A stretch of DNA of 64,000 nt, taken from Alistipes sp. (GTDB lineage: Bacteria > Bacteroidota > Bacteroidia > Bacteroidales > Rikenellaceae). Below, one piece after another: positions 59,459 through 64,000 of this stretch. Where the stretch lies: the NCBI GenBank assembly GCA_017630455.1, contig JAGBVG010000062.1, forward strand, positions 24,578 through 88,577. Direction: 5' to 3'. Each line of letters starts with the position of its first letter. The stretch's first letter is position 1. The notes beneath the pieces were generated by a model. The model saw only the letters and a list, made by a program, of their open reading frames with translations. It did no database searches and was not told the origin of the DNA. Made by a program: the position numbers and the translations under genes.

Positions 59459-60037
59459 TTATTTCTTACTCTGTTCTACTTGTCTTTCTATTATCCTCTT
59501 TACCTGTTCAAATGAGACAGGTGTAAAGTTGTTATTATCCACTCCAACATCATATTGTGTCGGGAATAGCATATGTAATCTAGGCGCATCTATGCCGGTG
59601 TTTTGCTTGCTGGTATGCACATGGCCGAATAGCTGCCAAGTATCTCGATATGCCCCACCATAGCACAAGAAGGGGCAGTGGTTGAGATATATCTTCTGCT
59701 TCCCAACCTCGATGTGCATCTGCATTGCGATATGCTCAAAACGACTATAATATCCTTGCCTCAGATTCTTGATGTCGTGGTTGCCGACAATCAGGTAAAT
59801 CTTACCATTAAGCCTATTAAGGATATTAGTCCATTCCGCCGAACCTCCTAGACAAAAGTCGCCAAGATGAAAGATTATATCGTCAGGACCGACTACGCTA
59901 TTCCAGTTGGCTATGAGTGTTTCGTTCATAACCTCCACATTCTTAAATGGCCTACCACAGAAGTTGATAATATTAGCGTGGTAGAAGTGAGTGTCGGATG
60001 TAAAGAACACCCTATCTCCATCAAATTTGTAATTCAT
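59459..60037 (-). CDS. Calcineurin-like phosphoesterase (short phage-type)
   Basis: TSDTHFYH.NII, HLGDF, GNHD, NHCP, GHVH, DVGVD. Confidence 0.9.
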   Translation of the reverse strand: MNYKFDGDRVFFTSDTHFYHANIINFCGRPFKNVEVMNETLIANWNSVVGPDDIIFHLGDFCLGGSAEWTNILNRLNGKIYLIVGNHDIKNLRQGYYSRFEHIAMQMHIEVGKQKIYLNHCPFLCYGGAYRDTWQLFGHVHTSKQNTGIDAPRLHMLFPTQYDVGVDNNNFTPVSFEQVKRIIERQVEQSKK

Positions 60038-60134
60038 AATTTCATCGTTTACCGCATCTCTGCGTTGTTAATAATAAAGTTTGTTATTACCATTGGACGG
60101 AATAGATGGAGAGGTTAATCATCACCAATGGGCA

Positions 60135-60175
60135 TAAACAAAAATCGTTGAAAAGTGAGGAACTTTCCAACGATT
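60135..60175 (-). terminator. Attenuator-like terminator between leader ORF and operon
   Basis: Minus strand AATCGTTGGAAAG-TTCCTCA-CTTTTCAACGATT-TTTGTTT. Confidence 0.7.
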
Positions 60176-60207
60176 CTTATCTATTCTCATAACTCGGATA
60201 TCTGCAT

Positions 60208-60369
60208 CTATAATATCCGTGTTCGAGTATGTTTCAGTTGGATAGTATTCCCGATAGAATCTGCGGTTATAACGCTTGAAATAGGCGCACACAGAACACC
60301 TTCAAAGCGTTTTACGCCCTGAACTCGACAAATAGCCGTAAGCAATATGTGCATTCTATTCTGCTGCAT
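60208..60369 (-). CDS. Putative 53-aa leader peptide (MQQNR...IQLKHTRTRIL)
   Basis: ATG just downstream of a TATCTTTG box (60402-60409); stop codon lies in a hairpin loop upstream of a terminator. Confidence 0.55.
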   Translation of the reverse strand: MQQNRMHILLTAICRVQGVKRFEGVLCAPISSVITADSIGNTIQLKHTRTRIL

Positions 60370-60451
60370 TTTAGTTTCGATTTTATCCCATATCGGGAGT
60401 GCAAAGATAGTGATTTGATACGCTATTTCCAAAGATTTTACACACTAATCT

Positions 60452-60688
60452 TCAGTCAATTAGACTATATACTAAAGTATATAATTTCTGGTGTTTGGGA
60501 ACGATTATGTACTCTGCTATCGCAGGAAACTGTACGGATGTGGCGGCAACTACCACATACCCCTTCGCCTTGTGCATAGGCTTCAATTCACCCGAATAGA
60601 AAACATTTGGCTCGATTGTGCCTTTTAGATTCCATGTCAAAATACAAATCTGTTTGCCATATCTTGAGTCTTCCCGGACTTCTTTCAA
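60452..60688 (-). pseudogene. Possible gene remnant
   Basis: 78-codon open frame with a non-ATG start and protein-like composition; no recognisable motif. Confidence 0.3.
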
Positions 60689-60811
60689 TTGACGAGTTTT
60701 AGAGTGACGGGAAACGGGCCAAGTTACAATACTTATGATTCGGGCTACCTTATTGTTAATTATTCAAGATAGCCAAATGACCATATATAAATTGTTATGC
60801 ATTTATGCTGA

Positions 60812-62206
60812 TTATTTATTTTCTGATATATGTAAAGTATCTTTATTACTATTAATCATATCATCCTCTGCTTTTTTCTTGGCAGGTTTTTGGTATTTGC
60901 ATTCATTGTTTTTTTTCATCTGTAGCGAATCATTTGCTCTGGATTTTATTTTTCTTGTATTATTTAGCGTATCATTAGTGGCACTTTTAACATTATTGTG
61001 AATATCATAAACTACAGAATCTGAAGAAATAAGATAGTCATTATTTCTATTCTCAAAGGTTGTATTTTGCTGGTCGATTACATTGTCCGATCTTTGATAC
61101 TGCACAAATGACAGCGCCATAATTATAACTATTAAAATACAGATAATAAAAGTGTAGAGGTTGGAAATTTTCTTCATCACCTGTTCTTCTGACATTAACC
61201 ACCCGCGTGTTGCAATTAATGCTGCAATAATTGCGTAACTGCAATTATTAAATGTTTCGATTATCTTGTCTTGAACAGAACCCAACAACACATTGCCAAC
61301 TAATATAAGACCACATAGAACACCTAAATATGCTAAATAGAGCATTCCACTATACCATCTCTTTAATGCTTTGGGGACATCAATAGAGATAGTAAAGTCA
61401 ATAGATAATTTTCCCCCTTTAGGAGTAAGTACTAGCGATTGTATTTCATCATCATTACTTGGAGAAACTTCAACTTCAGCTTCTTTGGCATTATGACTTA
61501 TGGATATAATAAAATTAGCAGGCGATTTGAAATACACCCATGCATTGGCATCTCCAGATATGGTACTATAGTTATATTTTATCTGTTTCTCTTGTAATGG
61601 TGACCACCATCTTTTGTTACATTGTGGCACTTTATTCCTTATTGAATCGAAAAAGGTAATGCTGAGAAGTAAGCTTTGTTGTCCTTTATATTCTTTATGA
61701 TTAAACTCAACAAAACATGGCTTTCCGTCAGATGCTTCATATAAACGTATGGCGGCATCTTCGGGCAATATGTGAAGAGTTGCTGCAAAATCATCCAATT
61801 CGGCACCTAATTTTTTAGTCAACAAAGATACCACCTTAGCTCGAGAGGCGATAGATACTCTTTTGTCTTCAAGGAATATCTTCAACCAACTTAGTCGTTC
61901 TCTCGTATTGAACAAGAAATGAAATCCCTGTGATATATCGCCGGCACCTTCGATTGTATATTCATGAGTCACAGATACGCGACTTGGAGTTTCGAATACA
62001 ACAAGTCGCTTTTCTCGTTTAATATATTTCTGTAAATCAGAGAAATTTTCAGTGTAAAATTTGGTAGTTTCTGTGAGTAGAAAATATATATTAGGGAAAC
62101 TGTTTTTCTTTTCTGAAAGAATAGCAACTATCTCGGTATCATTGCATGAAGAAATATCACGCTTCCTTATTTCATTAAATTCTGAAAGATTTCCTGTTTC
62201 AATCAT
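60812..62206 (-). CDS. Hypothetical membrane protein: about 280-aa soluble domain, 3 TM helices, polar tail
   Basis: Hydrophobic segments MLYLAYLGVLCGLILVGNVLL, YAIIAALIATRGWLM, LYTFIICILIVIIMALSFV; ATGA overlap with the upstream gene. Confidence 0.8.
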   Translation of the reverse strand: MIETGNLSEFNEIRKRDISSCNDTEIVAILSEKKNSFPNIYFLLTETTKFYTENFSDLQKYIKREKRLVVFETPSRVSVTHEYTIEGAGDISQGFHFLFNTRERLSWLKIFLEDKRVSIASRAKVVSLLTKKLGAELDDFAATLHILPEDAAIRLYEASDGKPCFVEFNHKEYKGQQSLLLSITFFDSIRNKVPQCNKRWWSPLQEKQIKYNYSTISGDANAWVYFKSPANFIISISHNAKEAEVEVSPSNDDEIQSLVLTPKGGKLSIDFTISIDVPKALKRWYSGMLYLAYLGVLCGLILVGNVLLGSVQDKIIETFNNCSYAIIAALIATRGWLMSEEQVMKKISNLYTFIICILIVIIMALSFVQYQRSDNVIDQQNTTFENRNNDYLISSDSVVYDIHNNVKSATNDTLNNTRKIKSRANDSLQMKKNNECKYQKPAKKKAEDDMINSNKDTLHISENK

Positions 62207-63261
62207 ATGCTTGTAAGTTTAAGTGGACAAACTGTGCTACATCTAGTACAATTGTTACTATCTGTAAGACAACTATGCTCTTTTATACGATTATTAGTTA
62301 TAAAAGCATCATAAAGATATGCTTTATTAATATTTCGAGATAAGTCTGCTATATGTGCCGCCACTTTTGCTGCTCTAATTGCTTCGATTATTGCATCTTG
62401 TGTAATTGCAGATTTAGAGTGTTCATATCGCGTTACACAATTAATGATATGTGTACACCCTATATATGCTGCAAATGTGGCTCCAATAGCGTTGGCGATG
62501 TGGTCTTCATTGATTGCGGCGTCAGTCGGTAAAGGCCCTAAAGGCATTATAGGAGCATTAAATTTACTTAATAATTTCGAATGAGTTGCTATCTTGTCTA
62601 ATGTTATGTGACCAATGTTTTCCACCATGACCTTAACACCTTTGCTCTGTAGCAATCTGCAAATACTAAGCTGGCGTAATGTTTCCTCTATATGTACGGA
62701 GTCACATGCGTCCAAAATTGTACCTGGACGAAAAGTCGTGCCAAGACTAATAACAACATTGTGTTTTAAGGCAATATTTGCAATCTCATCAATGTTCTCC
62801 CTAAAAATATTCTGTGTTCGATTATTTATTCTACTATCGTATAAAACCATTCCGCCGCCACGGCTAGTGACGGGTATTTTGCGTATTTGATTTGCTCTTG
62901 AGAATAGATCTAGATCAGCAGTAAAGTGTATAGTTACAAAAGAAACACCATCGTAACAAAGCTGAAGAAAGGCATCTCTAATATCCTCCCATTGATATCC
63001 TTTTGATTTTGTAAATCTATGATACGATAGCACAACCCCAAAAGGAAGTCCAAGATTATTCTTAATATAATTATAGAGAGGCTCTTCCAGTTCTATCAGA
63101 CTTAAATCCATCATCATATCAGGCAATTCATTACATGATTGAATGAATTCGATCTTTGAAATTTCAGATTGAATATCTTCTATTTTGTTGCAGCCAATAT
63201 TACAGTTAACTCTAATAGGAGAATCGCCGCCAATAGTAAGTCCATCCTTAAATGCTATCAT
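62203..63261 (-). CDS. Divergent ThiC-family (ThiC/BzaABF-like) radical SAM enzyme
   Basis: VNCNIG, MDLS, TIH, SRGG, SLG..FRPG, MVE..GH, LGPL.TD..DH, VT..EH, AAHIADL, C-terminal CTRCSTVC. Confidence 0.85.
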   Translation of the reverse strand: MIAFKDGLTIGGDSPIRVNCNIGCNKIEDIQSEISKIEFIQSCNELPDMMMDLSLIELEEPLYNYIKNNLGLPFGVVLSYHRFTKSKGYQWEDIRDAFLQLCYDGVSFVTIHFTADLDLFSRANQIRKIPVTSRGGGMVLYDSRINNRTQNIFRENIDEIANIALKHNVVISLGTTFRPGTILDACDSVHIEETLRQLSICRLLQSKGVKVMVENIGHITLDKIATHSKLLSKFNAPIMPLGPLPTDAAINEDHIANAIGATFAAYIGCTHIINCVTRYEHSKSAITQDAIIEAIRAAKVAAHIADLSRNINKAYLYDAFITNNRIKEHSCLTDSNNCTRCSTVCPLKLTSI

Positions 63262-63372
63262 AATTTTTTAACACGGTGATTTATCTATAACCAACAATTC
63301 AATTATCAAACACTTTCTCAAATTACATAATAGCTCATTTGGCAAAGCCCAAATATGTCTACCAATATGCTA

Positions 63373-63813
63373 CTACATGACACTACAAATGTCCTCTATT
63401 ATAATCTTACCTCTCTTATTGGTGATTTTTATTCTATTGGTAAACTCCCAGCCCATATCCAATGCAGTATAAACAAACCAATCGCCATCAAGTTTCACCT
63501 CCAGCATAGTGGTCTTTCCTTCCGTCCCTGGTTTGCTATCCTGCTTGCCGCTTCTGAATAGCCAAGTAGCGTATGCTATACCATCGGTATCGTAAGGGTA
63601 CGCATCTTGAAGTTTTTTGAGTAATCCCGAAGAGCAATGTTTTCGCAAGAAGTCGTAATCCTCATAGAGTTTGTTGTTATACATCTGCGTGATGAAAGAC
63701 TTAATCTCATCACTCTTGGTAGTGGATGTATGCGTAGGATGCAGTCTCTCTTCTGCGCTAACATTACATAATGCTCCCGTCAATAACACAATGAGAATGA
63801 TAAGTCGTTTCAT
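63373..63813 (-). CDS. Secreted hypothetical protein (possibly DUF3828-like)
   Basis: Signal peptide MKRLII..VSA; TATCTTTG box at 63840-63847. Confidence 0.6.
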   Translation of the reverse strand: MKRLIILIVLLTGALCNVSAEERLHPTHTSTTKSDEIKSFITQMYNNKLYEDYDFLRKHCSSGLLKKLQDAYPYDTDGIAYATWLFRSGKQDSKPGTEGKTTMLEVKLDGDWFVYTALDMGWEFTNRIKITNKRGKIIIEDICSVM

Positions 63814-64000
63814 AAATCTTCTCAAATTTACTCTCTGTACAAAGATAATAAGAATTGTTCAAAATCCACAAAGTGAACGAATAAATGGGTCCCAAGGTAG
63901 TCGTTTGTCTTAAATTATTAGCCAATCATAAAATATACGCAAACAGCACATAATGTCTATTATATGATAATTTGAGCAGGGTTTGCGTTTTTGCAAAATG

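Larger units (their letters stand above)
48037..64000. mobile_element. tRNA-integrated genomic island with defence/TA cargo (continues past right edge)
   Basis: att-like fragment, excisionase-like HTH gene, AT-rich cargo, nuclease/TA genes; integrase not seen in the window. Confidence 0.75.

Noticed and set aside
62203-63261. Calling this gene housekeeping thiC, or linking it to the B12 operon as bzaF
   Set aside because: Truncated, divergent motifs, foreign composition, no riboswitch or pathway genes; the btu locus is 22 kb away and outside the island. Not excluded biochemically, so no symbol was assigned

Overview
Chromosomal window from a Bacteroidales genome, most consistent with an Alistipes/Rikenellaceae-like gut bacterium (TAnnTTTG promoter boxes, Bacteroidetes-type gene order). 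About 1-47.7 kb is mostly core or semi-core: partial murG, tkt, DAHP synthase/chorismate mutase, cyclophilin, a TlpA-DUF6029-2x Omp28 operon, recJ-lipB-lipA, a sugar MFS, polyprenyl synthase, the yfhO-ftsX-uppP-truB-queA-topA run, a hemerythrin/LuxR/cutC operon facing a candidate sRNA, a cobalamin-riboswitch B12 uptake operon, and a TPR-LuxR regulator facing three lipoproteins. At 48037-48051 there is a displaced tRNA-Gly-like 3' end (probable att site). From there the DNA is visibly AT-richer and forms an integrated island that runs off the right edge. The island carries putative defence/TA cargo: DUF3791/DUF3990, ATPase plus trypsin-like protease, a PUA/EVE-like HNH nuclease, a DUF4209 HEPN protein, HTH/AbiEii, and a phosphoesterase operon behind a leader peptide. 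The best candidate for an undescribed system is a translationally coupled pair at 60812-63261: a shortened, divergent ThiC-family radical SAM enzyme and a 3-TM membrane protein. All family assignments come from motif recognition by eye; no searches were run.
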